Shown: in pieces, positions 1 through 12,000 of the stretch
Layout of the letters: the number at the start of each line of letters is the position of its first letter
How positions within the stretch are numbered: position 1 is the stretch's first letter
The notes under the pieces: generated by a model
Database searches by the model: none
What the model saw: only the letters and a program-made list of their open reading frames with translations
Told to the model about the DNA's origin: nothing
Made by a program: the position numbers and the translations under genes
NCBI RefSeq assembly: GCF_038025025.1
Contig: NW_027117338.1
Span: 1,426,001-1,490,000, forward strand
DNA length: 64,000 nt
Origin: Phyllosticta citribraziliensis
Taxonomy: Eukaryota
Direction of reading: 5' to 3'

Positions 1-1883
1 CCGATGATCCTGATTGGACTGATGAATACCTTGACAGCTTTGGAAAGCCCGAAGCCAAGTACTATGTCGACTTTGACTATCCGGGATGGCTGGTGTGGAA
101 CAAGACCATGCCTGCGTTCTTGACGGATACCAAGGGCCTAGACTACGACGAGGTCGAGGCCAAGGTGCGCAAGCAGATTGGCGACATCCTTGATCGCAAT
201 TGGTTCTCGACCTATTTTGGTTACCTCAAGCAAGAGCCCAGGGACTCTGGTCAAGACCGCTTCCGCATGACGAGCGCGATGATACTCACACACTGCTTCG
301 ACTTGGTTTTCGCTGGCCAAACGAAGACGACTTTCGAAGACATTAAGGAGCTCACTTTGTCGGTCTACGCTGATGGAAGCGACAAGCACCAGCACAGAGC
401 GACAGCGGAGATTATGGGAGCGCTACTTTCATGCGCACCTGATCTACCCAAGGACACTCGAGAAATGGTGTGGGAATTTGCCTTCCCGCGCGTACGCGAC
501 ATCTTCATGGATGGCCTAACCCCGGAAAATTCGTCTTATTGGACCACGTTCTTGCACATTGCCCTCCAAGGCAAAGATCCAAGAAGGAACTGGCCCCTGA
601 TTGATTCTCTGGCGGCGTTCAGACTCGACATGTCGTCCAGTCAGGCTTTCAAGGAGAGCTCCAAGATCAACTTGCTGCAGCAGGCTGTCATTGACTGCGG
701 ATGGCACTTTCAGCTGGAGAAGCCTATTCTTGAGGACTTCCTCGAGCATGTTGATCACCCTTACAAGGCTGTTCGGGAAGCCATTGGGCAAACAATTGCC
801 ACCATCTACCGGACCCGCTACCATGAGTCCTATCCCAACGCCAAGAAGTTTGTCGAGGACCAAAAGGCCGCTTCTTCCATTGGAATTAGACCTTACCAGC
901 CTAGTGAAGATTACCGAAAGGCTGTTGTGGGCGTCTTTGAACGGCTAGAGAAGTGGCGCAAAGAGCGCCCTGCGGGCGAGCAGCAGCCAACCTCTTACAC
1001 TCAAGCTGGCAAGACAGTACTGCTTTGGCTCGATTCCACACTCGCTTCCTTTGAATGCACTCAGCTTGTCGAGTTCTTCCCCAACACGTTCATGGAGCAA
1101 CTGCTCCACATGATGGATGTCAAGGAAGATCCTGAGCTGCAATCCCTCGCCTACCACGTCTTCAGGCACCTGCCAAACGTCCCACATCGCGCGGGTGAGG
1201 ATGCCGATTTCATCAACGCTATGATTCGTATCGGTCTCAACGCCACCTCATGGCACCAACGTCTTCGAGTCCTGATCAACATCCAAGTTATCTACTTCCG
1301 TCGCCTTTTCCTCATGAGCGAGGACCAGCAACAAGCTCTTTTCGACTGCGTCTCCACCATGCTTGGCGATCAGCAGCTTGAAGTGCGTCTTGGTGCTCAA
1401 AGCACTCTGTCCGGCATGATTCGCTGTTCTCCAATCGGTTTCCGCGACACGCAGGTTGAGGCTTTGCGCACACGCTTCACCGACATGCTGCGCAAGAACC
1501 CTCTGCCCAAACGCCGTGTCCCAGGCACACCGACACCGGAGCAGAATAAGCGAATTCTGGTCAGGCATGCGGCGGTGCTGGGTCTCGGCGCGCTCATCTC
1601 GGCTTTCCCGTACACCAGTCCGCCGCCTTCATGGCTGCCTGAAGTGTTGGCTACTTTGGCTCTCAGAGCGGCTGGAGACCCAGGGACTGTCGGCAAGAGT
1701 GTCAAGTCGATTCTGGCAGACTTCAAGAAGACGAGGCAAGACACGTGGCATGTTGATGTTAAGGTAAGCCGCTTATGATTGTGTTCCGATATCTCTGAGG
1801 TTACTGACGAATCCACGCAGGCATTTGAGCCCGAGCAACTTGAAGATCTGGAGGGTGTGCTCTGGAAGAGCTACTTTGCCTAG
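1..1883 (+). CDS. BLM10: Proteasome activator Blm10/PA200, C-terminal part (5' end outside the window)
   Basis: The frame is open from base 3. It has the Blm10 C-terminal motif RHAAVLGLGALISAFPY...ADFKKTRQDTW. Intron 1764-1820 (GTAAGC..CTGAC..CAG). The last exon 1821-1883 encodes AFEPEQLEDLEGVLWKSYFA*, the proteasome-docking tail. Confidence 0.95.
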
Positions 1884-2848
1884 AGCTTACCCGAGTATGG
1901 GTATATACTGTTTTTTGAGACGGATGAGAGGATCCGCAATAGGAGCTCCAAGTATAGGAACAGAGTCAAGGTAAAAACGAGAGGAGGACAGAAGTCTTTC
2001 TGTCGGGGGATACAGGGGACGCGAGTAGCAAACAAGAGATGTGAATTATCGGTAGAGACGGCCAAGACGGAAAACATTCTTAGTTTTTCATTCGGAGGAA
2101 CAGGTATGGCAGGATGGCAGGCAGGCAAGGGCGGGGTGGAATTGGTGGGATGGTTGGGCATTGCATGGACGGCGATGGACAGGTGTGTTTGTTTTTGCAT
2201 AGACCTCTTTTGTTCTGTTGCTCTTTCATTCCTTGTCCGGAAGTCTCTGAGCTCGACCGCCTTTTTCGGGTTGTGTGGTTACATAGGGAAATCAAGACAA
2301 TTGATAACCATTGCTCTAGGCGGAGGTTCTTGTGTTGGATGTTGATCTGGGTGATTTTGCTAACAAACTTCCCGCAGGTCTTCGTGGTGCAGTGGTTCAA
2401 GGCTTGGTCACTAGAGTCGTTGTCAGAACGAATCACACACAGCTGGCGGCACCTATTCTGCCACAGCTTTACCCAGGCGAAGGGAATCTCTACCCCGCTC
2501 GCTGCACTCATCACCCCACCACATCAGGCCGGGCTTGCAGGAGCCTCTCGCCGTGTCCGGAAAAATTGACGCCGCTCTCACGACGAGTCTGCAGGGGATT
2601 TGGCTTTCTGGTCAACAGAGACAAGCATGCGATGTGGGGGGAAGCGACTTGACTGAGTGGCGGGAATGCGTGTCAGACTTCGAATACGCGAATTTGCGCG
2701 GAGCGTCTGGTGGAAAATTCCCCATGGCGTGGGGTATGCATCTAGGGCTGTGACCTGCGACACGGAGCATGCAGGAAAGGTATATGGGAGTTGAGGAATG
2801 GTCGACGAATTTCTCAAGACTCCAATGTGGTAACGACAAAGTTGGAAG

Positions 2849-5265
2849 ATGAAGTTTCGCGATGGTAAGTGGCAATCATGATGCTTCTAGATGCTTACTT
2901 GAGAGTAATGTGTTCTGACTTTGCTAGGCATGTGGCTTACTGCCACGGACAAGCGCGTCGAATATGCGGAAGATGTTTACAGCATCACTCCCCACGAGAA
3001 CAGGGCTCTGAAGCTGCTCTGCCCGACAAGAAAAGTCTTTTCTCGCGGAGACACATTGAACCTGAGCACACTCAGCGTCGACCTGGAGGCGCAGTCCGAC
3101 GGCGTTATTTCCGTCGAGGTGACACATTTCTCAGGAGCGCGACGACGTGGGCCCGACTTCGAACTATATCCCGAAGGCCGGCCTGAAGTGTCGCCATCCA
3201 TATCCAAAGGCCAGAATGGGACAACGTTGTCTTCTGGCTCTCTTTCGGCGACTGTCGGACCGGATCAGCACGCCTTCTCCATCCGCTTCCATGCCACGGA
3301 TGCTTCCAAGGAGCTGACAGCACTCCTTAATCGCAGCGTTGGCCTCGCTTACAGCCCTCCGACGACGAGCCCCAAGCAGGTCGAAGATATGCGAAACTTT
3401 CAGCACTACATCTTTACGCAGCACGAACTGAGCGTTGGCGAGTCGATCCATGGTCTAGGCGAGCGCTTTGGCGCCTTCAACAAAGTCGGGCAAAACATCG
3501 AGCTCTGGAACGAGGACGGCGGCACCTCTAGCGACCAAGCGTACAAAAACATCCCCTTTTACCTGAGCTCTCGTGGTTACGGTGTCTTCATCGACACGCC
3601 GGACCGTGTCTCGCTCGAGATTGGAAGCGAGAGATGCAGCCGTGTGCAAAAGTCCGTCGAAGGCCAGCGCCTCAAATGGTACATCATCTACGGTCCTTCC
3701 GGGCCGAAGGAGGTGCTGACCAAGTACGCAATCCTGACGGGACGCGCTGGGAAGCTTCCAGCGTGGAGTTTCGGCTTGTGGTTGACAACGTCGTTCACCA
3801 CAGACTACGACGAGGCGACCGTCACGCACTTCCTGGAGGGCATGAAGGCGCGCCAGGCGCCGGTCGAGGTGTTCCACTACGACTGCTTCTGGATGCGTGC
3901 GTTCCATTGGTGCGACTTTGTCTTTTCGTCGGAGCATTTCCCCGATCCCAAAGGGCAGATAAGTCGCATCAAGGAGACCGGCTTAGCGAACAAAGTGTGC
4001 GTGTGGATCAATCCGTACCTCGGCCAGGCGTCTCCGGTCTTCCAGGAAGCTGCGGAGAAGGGCTATCTCGTGAAAAGGCTCAACGGTGACGTCTGGCAGT
4101 GGGATCTATGGCAGACGGGCATGGGACTCGTCGACATTACGAATCCGGATGCTCGCGCCTGGTATGCTGATTGCCTGAGGAAGCTGTTCGACATTGGTGT
4201 CGACTCCTTGAAGACGGATTTTGGCGAGAGGATTCCGTCCACGGACGTCAAGTGGTGGGATGAGAGTGTCGACCCGAGCAGGATGCACAACTATTACGCA
4301 TTTTGGTACAACAAGCTGGTGTATGAGGTGTTGCAGGAACGGCACGGCGATGACCAGGCGGTATTGTTTGCGCGAGCCGCGACAGCAGGGACGCAGCGAT
4401 TTCCACTGGTAAGTGGCCGTTTTTCGCACCTCACTTCCTGCCATAATCTCACGCCGCATAGTGCTGGGGCGGTGACTGCGAGTCGACGCCAGCCGCCATG
4501 GGCGAATCGATCCGTGGTGGTCTCTCAATCGGCCTCTCGGGCTTCACCTTTTGGTCCTGCGACATTGGCGGCTTTGAGGGAAGCCCGCCGCCCTGGATCT
4601 ACAAGCGCTGGGTCGCTTTTGGCCTATTCTGCAGCCACTCTCGTTTGCACGGCTCCAACTCGTACCGCGTCCCCTGGCTGATTGACGAAGCCAACGCGGA
4701 GCCCACCGACTCTGCGCAGAGCTGCACCGCGGTGGTGAGCAAGTTTGTCAAGCTCAAGAGGCGCCTCATGCCGTACTTGATGGCGCAATCGGAAAAGAGC
4801 AGGAAGATGGGTTGGCCGCTCAGTCTGAGGGCGACTGCGCTCGAGTTTCCGAACGATCCCACGGCGTGGTTTCTTGATCGTCAGTTCTTTGTTGGTGACA
4901 GCCTGCTTGTCGCGCCAGTTTTCACTGAACAGGGCGACGTCGAGTTTTACTTGCCACAGGGCAAGTGGCTTAACTGGTGGACTGGCCAAGTCGAGATTGG
5001 CCCCAAGTGGGTGAAGGAGAGGCATGACTTTACGACGCTTCCTCTGTATGTGCGCGAAGGGACGACTTTGCCTCTCGGCGAAGAAGATGCCGAGGGCGAT
5101 AGCTTCGAGTACGACTGGTGGAGCAACATGCAGATTAGAACTTTCGGAGTTCAGGATGTCTCTCAAGCAGAGTTCGTGGATGAAAAAGGGACAGAGGTGA
5201 GTGATCAATGGGATTACACTGGCCAGGAAGGCGAGTGGCGTGTTTACACGCGCCGGTCTGCTTAA
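2849..5265 (+). CDS. GH31 alpha-xylosidase, YicI-like, intracellular (~766 aa)
   Basis: Exons 2849-2864, 2928-4408, 4462-5265 give an MKFRDGMWL start. GH31 motifs: GLGERFG, YKNIPFY, nucleophile KTDFGERIP, acid/base WGGD (restored by splicing), WSCDIGGF, HSRLHG. No signal peptide. Confidence 0.93.
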
Positions 5266-6522
5266 CATGCCCGAAGATACAAATGATTCGGGCAGCAAAC
5301 TGCACCGTTTTCTCGGCTGCCAACTCAAGAATGTTTTGTTTGCACGGCTTTATTTGAAATTTCTCCTTCACTTAATTCCACATCCACAAGAGAATATCCG
5401 GCCGGCTTTCACCGTCAGCACTGACAGAAGTCCACGTGCCAAGTTTTGGACCCAGATGGCCGGACTGGCAGGGGCCAAGATCCAACGCCACGGGCACCTC
5501 CAGACTCTGCCTGCAATCCTCCCGCAATCCTCCCGCGAGCCTAACGACACCCTTCTCATACTTTAATAATCGAATAGCAATTTCAAGGAAATACTCCGAC
5601 GTCATGTTGATCTAGTCCCCGAGTTTGAGAAGAATCCAGGAAGTTGGAGATGGACTCGCTGGATCGTCGCAAGGTTTGTACGTTGTGCTAAAACAGGTAC
5701 CACACCTACGCGAACAAAATGGCTATATATAACTCGCAACGGCTGACCTGTAGCACGCTCGCCACCTTGAAAACAGGAGCCCTGTACCTCGTTTGGCAGC
5801 AGATGAGCGCTCGTCAAGCAACCAGATGATTGCGAATAGATTGGACCGACGGGGATACCACGACCCACTCTCAAAGAGCTAAGACAACAAAGACACAATT
5901 TTCAGCATTTCTCCCGTGACAAAATCTTGGAGATATGCGATTTGGCCCCGAGTGTTGTTGCAGCCGATTGCTTGGTCACCGCAGTCGAATTCCGCCCCCA
6001 TTTCATGCGTTGCTCAATCGGGATCTGTTCCCACCGACAACGCTTAATTTAGTACACTCCTCACTTTGCAATACCAAAACGGGACGAAAAGGCCGAGCAT
6101 GCGACCAATCAAGACCACGAAGGACAGTCTCGCCGGAGAAAACTTGCAAAACACCTTGAATCACCGTGCTCAGCACTTTGAGATCGTCGCTGGGATATTT
6201 GGGAATCATTCTCAGCTGGCCACAACGAGGACATGGCTCTGCCGGAGAAACTGAGAGCTGGTGGCACCATCATGCCCCAATACCAGGCTCGCCCTTGACA
6301 ATGTTTGAACATCTTTGCTCTTTCAGGATTATCTTGGGCCCTGTGTGCATCGCTGTTGAACCCAATCTCAGTATGATGCAGCACTAGCAGTGAAGCTGGG
6401 TTGGGGTCGCAATATGCTGTTAAATAGGTTTGGATCCGCAAAGCAGCCAGAGCCAAGTTCCGGCCTTCGACTCAGTTTCCCCCTTCGGACAAGTCTGCTT
6501 GGTTAGCAGAGAGATCGCCCTC

Positions 6523-8723
6523 ATGACTTCAACACTATCTTCCTCCCTCTCATACGACGTCAAGACGGGAGCCTGGACGAATTGGGAGGATGGCACTGTC
6601 ATGGGAAAGACCATCACGCTCACTCGTCGGGACGGAGACGTTCTCATTGCGTTTCTGGCGTTATTCACCACCCTCATAGGGACGAGCTGGTGGCGTATCG
6701 CCTGTTACTTTCTACACTACTACTTGTCATCGGAAGCTCCCCGAGATGCGCTATATCACCAACGGCAGGCGATCCTGCGCAACTCTGCCAACGGCACCAG
6801 TGGGCTCTCCAGCTTGGTCCACGCGCTGTGGTCGTGGCGCCGCATTGCAAAGAGGCCGTACTACAGGACCTTGCCAATCATCTTGTTTGGCATCATTAGC
6901 CTTGGTGGCTTTGCAGTCGCCGGTATTTTCTCTTCCAGGATATCGACACTCACGGGTGACGCCGTCATGATCAAGAGCACAAACTGCGGCATCGTCTCCG
7001 ACGCCAACGCCACCACGCAGGAACTGGCCACCAAGATTTTGCCCTACGTTGCTCGTCGGTACAAGACTTTTGCCAATTACGGTCAGGAGTGCTACACGGA
7101 CTCGACAAACAACACTGGATCAGGCGAATGCCACAGCTTCGCCACAAGACAATTGTCTGCGACCATCACGCGGAACGCAACATGCCCCTTCAATAGCACC
7201 TTGTGCAAAACTCAGGACCAAAATCTGCGCTTCGATACTGGATATCTCGATAGCCGTGCAGACCTAGGCATCAATACGCCAGACAAGAACCGCTTCTTGT
7301 ACCGAAGAATTACCCATTGTGCTCCTATCTCCGCGGCGGGCAAGGAGGACAATTACAGCAGTTCCGGCCTGAGCAGCAACTACTCGCGCTACTACTTTGG
7401 GCCGACGTATAAGGGCGACCCTTATACCTACCAATACCCAAAGACGGACATGGAACAGTTCAGGCTGCTCAACTTCACCAGCGCGCGAGGTGATTACTCT
7501 TTACGGTAAGTGACCTCTAACCACTGAACGCTCCTCATCTGGTCTGGCACTAAACAAAATGCAGAACTATCCCTTCTTTCACGGTCAACGGAAGCGCCAT
7601 AGTGGGATCCTTCTTCTTCCCCATCCCCGAGCTTGCCCGCACAGATGCGGACGTCTCGCTATTCTTCCTCTCGGCCAACGACGTGCTCTTCACCGACGGG
7701 ACCGACGACCCCTGGTACTCTGCGCGTGCCGAAGCGTACAGAGCGCGAGACGTGACAACGGGCCAGTACATCGACACGTACGTCCAGGACACTGCGGCGT
7801 CAGCGCTGGGGTGCGCCGAGCAGGAGCAGTATTGCAACCCCAATGTGGCGGCGTCGTCGCCCGAGCGTTGCTCGCGATGGGGCGGCGGCAAGGAGGCCAG
7901 CATGCTGGCGGCCAGTGTCTTTGGCGGCGACACCGAGGTGCTGAGCCAGGTCGACTGGGCCACCAACGTGGTCTCCCTGAACAACTACCCGCTGTCGGCC
8001 ATCATCGAGTCGCTTGGAATCGCGGCGCTCACTTCGCGAGACAGCCTGTACGACGGTGTCCAAGGAACCCTACCGGACAACATTTGGCAGTCCGACGTAG
8101 AGTACTGGTACTCGGCGGCGCTGGCAACGATCCAGGGGACATTCGTCGACGTGGCGAGCGGGCCGGCAGACGCAGACATCGACCCCTTCCTGATGCGCCC
8201 CGACACCGACGCCATCAAGCAGCTTTGCAACAACCAGATCGTGCTGAGCACGAACTACACCAACTTCAACGTCTTCGGCCTCGCCGTGCTGCTATCCGTC
8301 GGCGGCCTCATCATCCTCCTCTCCTACACCCTCGAGCCCATCGTCTCGTACGTCCAGCGCCGCCGCAACCTCGACGTCTACGCCCGCCTCGAGTGGTGCG
8401 CCAACGGCACGCTGCAGCTGCAGCGTCTGGCCCACGAAGCCTTTGGTGCCGGCACTTGGAGCGACGCCGCCGAGGCTGTCCCCGTCACTGCCAAGGGCGA
8501 CCGCCTTGCCATGCTCGATGTCAGTGATACGCTGCATCCGCGCCTCCAGGCGCCGCCCCCCGAGTTTGAGAAGACGATGGCGATGCGGCAGAGCTCGGAG
8601 GATTCCAGGAAAAGCGTCCACAGAGTAGATGAGTGCGAAGTGGCCGGGACTGAGACGTCTGGCACCATTTCTCCCCTTTCGACACGGCGGTCATTGTCGA
8701 TCGATCTAGAGCGGAGACAGTAA
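6523..8723 (+). CDS. Uncharacterised Pezizomycotina multi-pass membrane glycoprotein (~713 aa)
   Basis: Exons 6523-7505 and 7565-8723 join in frame across a GTAAGT..CTAAAC..CAG intron. Three hydrophobic segments, and a Cys-rich middle region with many N-x-S/T sites. Motifs GAWTNW, DALYHQRQAILRNS and LQLQRLAHE match a fungal hypothetical family as I recall it. Confidence 0.8.
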
Positions 8724-9022
8724 GAAGTGTTTGGCGAAGTCATGGACCCTCATTTTCATAGTAAAAGTACATTCGTTCACATGTATACAAACGACGATTT
8801 CCAATTTTACACGGCCACTCGTACAAATCATGCAGCTTTTGATAGGACAAGGATGCACGAAACTTTGGTATACCAAGGAAAGGAGAAGAGAGGAAGTAAA
8901 ACACGCTGATTCTTACAAAAGGCCGCTCACCAGGTATACATGCTGTTGCGCCTCCCATGCACTTTAGCCACCACCCCCCACAACTTCCATGCTCACCTCC
9001 ATGCTATCACTTCTTCCACCAC

Positions 9023-12000
9023 TCAAGCTCTTGCGTTCCACTTGTCGTTGTAGGCATTTACCGCCACCGCCACTTGCTTGTACAACCAATTTCTGCTCTG
9101 CTCGTCCGCCACAGGGACAAAGGGGCCATTAGTTCCGCCCTTGAGCGTGACGCCCAATCCCGTCCGTTCCTTGCTAATGGTCTGGATGTCCTTGAGAGGG
9201 ACATCCCACTCAGTACTCAACTTCTTGGTCCGCACCAGCATGATGCCGTTGTACGTCAGCATGACGAGCAGGTCCTTGCCCGGAAGCTCGAGGTGCGCGA
9301 GGTAGTCCTCGTTGAAGTAGCGCCCGTTGTCCAACGTCTTGAGCCAGAATTGGCCGAGAGCTTCGCGTTGAGAGTAGGGACGCACAATGCCGTCTAGGCC
9401 AATGAAGCGCGTCAACCGTACTCTGTCGAGGCCTTCTTGGTCAAAGACCGTCGTGGTGTTGCGCACGCCTTCGGCCATGTTTGATGCAAGGTCGAAGGCT
9501 CCGATGGCCGGCTTGGTGGCGAGACCAAGCACACCCTTTCCAATTCCCTTGATGAATCCTGCAGCTCCTTCCTTTTCTGCGCCCTGAAGTGGATGACGGG
9601 CAAGTCCGCCGATACCACTGGCAAGACTGTCTGCGAAAGCATTGCCACCGGAAGTGATACCGTAGAGTGCGTGCTTCGGCCGGTTGCGGGCGCGCTTCGA
9701 ACGGCGCGAGTCCTGGAATTCCTTGTCGAGAGTGGCAGCAGCCAGGCCCTTCGAAATGCTGCCCGTGAACTTGGCCATACTGTCGGAGAATCCAAAAACT
9801 GATTTCTTGACAAAGCTGGATGCACCCTTGGCAATTCCAATGCCCAGGTCCTGCGGCCTGTCGGTCATGACGAGGCCCTTGTATGGCTCGTAGAAGATGT
9901 CCGTGACTCCGGAAGACACATTTGTAAAGAGACCAACGGGGTTTCCGAGGAAATCCGCAGAGCCGAGGATCAGATGAACTTGGCGAAGAGACTCCTGGAC
10001 ATAGTGGTTCTTGACGCTCGTGACTAAGGCACTGACAGAGACACGAGCGTTCTCGAGAATCAGGGCGTTGTACCGAAGAGGAGCATCGTTGACGTTGCCA
10101 AGGGACATAGTGAGGACATTGACGGCAAACATGAACGGATTGTTCGATGTCATCGTGTCTTCGGCGTTGATGCGCTCTGTGCGAACAAAGGACAGGTCGA
10201 ACTGCATAGGCTGCAAGTGCAACAGTTCAAAGTAGACGTCCTGTCCGCTCTGCTCCTGCCGGGGTTCAGGGATGTCGAGCTGCTCGTCGCACAGCTTGCC
10301 CTCTTTCACCTCGGACCAAGACGCACCAGGAACCTTGGTGAAGTCCAAAAGAGCAAAGATGAAGTCTTCGTCAATCTCGAGCGTCATCTGCTGCAGCAAG
10401 AAGGAAAAGTACTTGATGTACAGTACACCGTACGAGTCGTCCTTCACCCGCGTAATCGAGGTCTGCAGAATCGGATGGGCCTCCATTTCTTTACCCGTCT
10501 TCGGAACGACACTCGGGTAGAACAGGATGGGGAAGATGCCGCCGTATAGCTGGTTGTCGATCTGGATCCACTTCACCGTCGCAGCAAATTGCTGGTAGAG
10601 AGCGGAATCTCCATATGAAAGCTCAATGTCCCGCAGGGTAACATAGACAAGCTCTCTCAATTGACGGTTGATGAGCGAGATGCCAACGCCAGCAATCCGC
10701 AGCTTGGCCTTGAACGTGACATTTGTGTCCATGTCCTTGACCTCGAAGCCATCAGTCGTCGACTTCGACGATGCGTTCGACCTCTGCTTGTACAAGCTCT
10801 TGGAAGGTTTCCAATTAGACATTACAAGCGTTTGCGTTGGGCCATCTGCCATGACGTTCAGGTCGATGATCTTGCCCCGAGTCTGGCCTTGGGCCGGCGG
10901 CAACTTCAAAGGCACAAGGTTTCCAATCTCGGCGAGCTTGACATGTCGTTCCTTCTGATTGGCCTTGAGCACAATTTCCTTGTTCTTTGCCGCAGGGTAG
11001 TCCCAGGCATAAGGCATGATGCTTCGAGGAGGGAGACGGTATCGAACCGGCCGCCAGCTAGAACCGCGATCCTCTTCGTCTTCGTCAATGTTGGGATTCG
11101 CCTGCCAGAACAAGAACTCGGTGTCGCTTTCGTTGCGCATGGAAAAGGGCCAGTGCTTGTTTTCGATGCTGACGTGGAGGAAAATTGTAGCTTGCTCCAT
11201 CAAAATCTCTACGCGAATGAGTTTTTGGCGTTGGCCGGCCTTTGCGAGCTTGACATGCACGCTTCCCACATTGGAGATGTCGAAAGGCGAAGACCATTGG
11301 TTGTTGAGGCCAGGGAAACACAGGCACAATTGCTGCTTTTCTCCTTGGCGCAAGAAACGGAGAGGAAGAAGTTCGCCATTCTTCAGAGTCATGACGTTTG
11401 ATGATCCTGGCTCACGAATGTTGATTTCCTCCTTGATCTTGTTCTTGATAATGTAGCGGGGGGCGATGGTAACGACCTTGGTCAAGTTGTACTTGCCCTC
11501 GCCCTCCTCGACAGTGATACCAACGTGCATCTCGCTTCGGCCTTGCGTGTTTTGCAGAGCGACATCATACGTGCTTCCAATTGCATCGAAAGACTGCGGC
11601 TTGCTCCAGTTCGTGTCGCCCACCTTGATCATTGCGCGGTTCTTGTGATCATCGGTTGGGAAGCTGAACATGAAGGGCTGTGCTCTGCCATCACCTCCGT
11701 CGGTGTTGGCGATGATCCCTTGGCCAGCTGCTGCCCTCGCACTGCCCAAGAATTGTTTGCTTCGCACGGCCAGATCAAGACCGGTGCGGTTGAGAATGAC
11801 GTAGGGGCTGTAGATGGTGACCTTGAAAGCGCCTCCAGAGTCTGGAATGTTGAAATAGTGCAGCTTGAGCCGCAGAGACAGATCTTGGTCATCCTTGACT
11901 TCGATTGTCTTCTCCCGCCTGAAATTCTCCTTGTCGCTTGAGTTGACGATTGCGAATTTGCTCGGCTTGAAGGGCGTGTCTTGCATATCAACGCTCATGA

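Noticed and set aside
2849..5265. Recent horizontal transfer of the YicI-like xylosidase from bacteria
   Set aside because: The gene has two spliceosomal introns and host-like composition, and YicI-like GH31 enzymes are common in ascomycetes.
5266..6500. Possible gene relic, and a faint repeat-like match near 5795-5822
   Set aside because: No sustained frame or motif, and the similarity to the 33-bp consensus is too weak to call.
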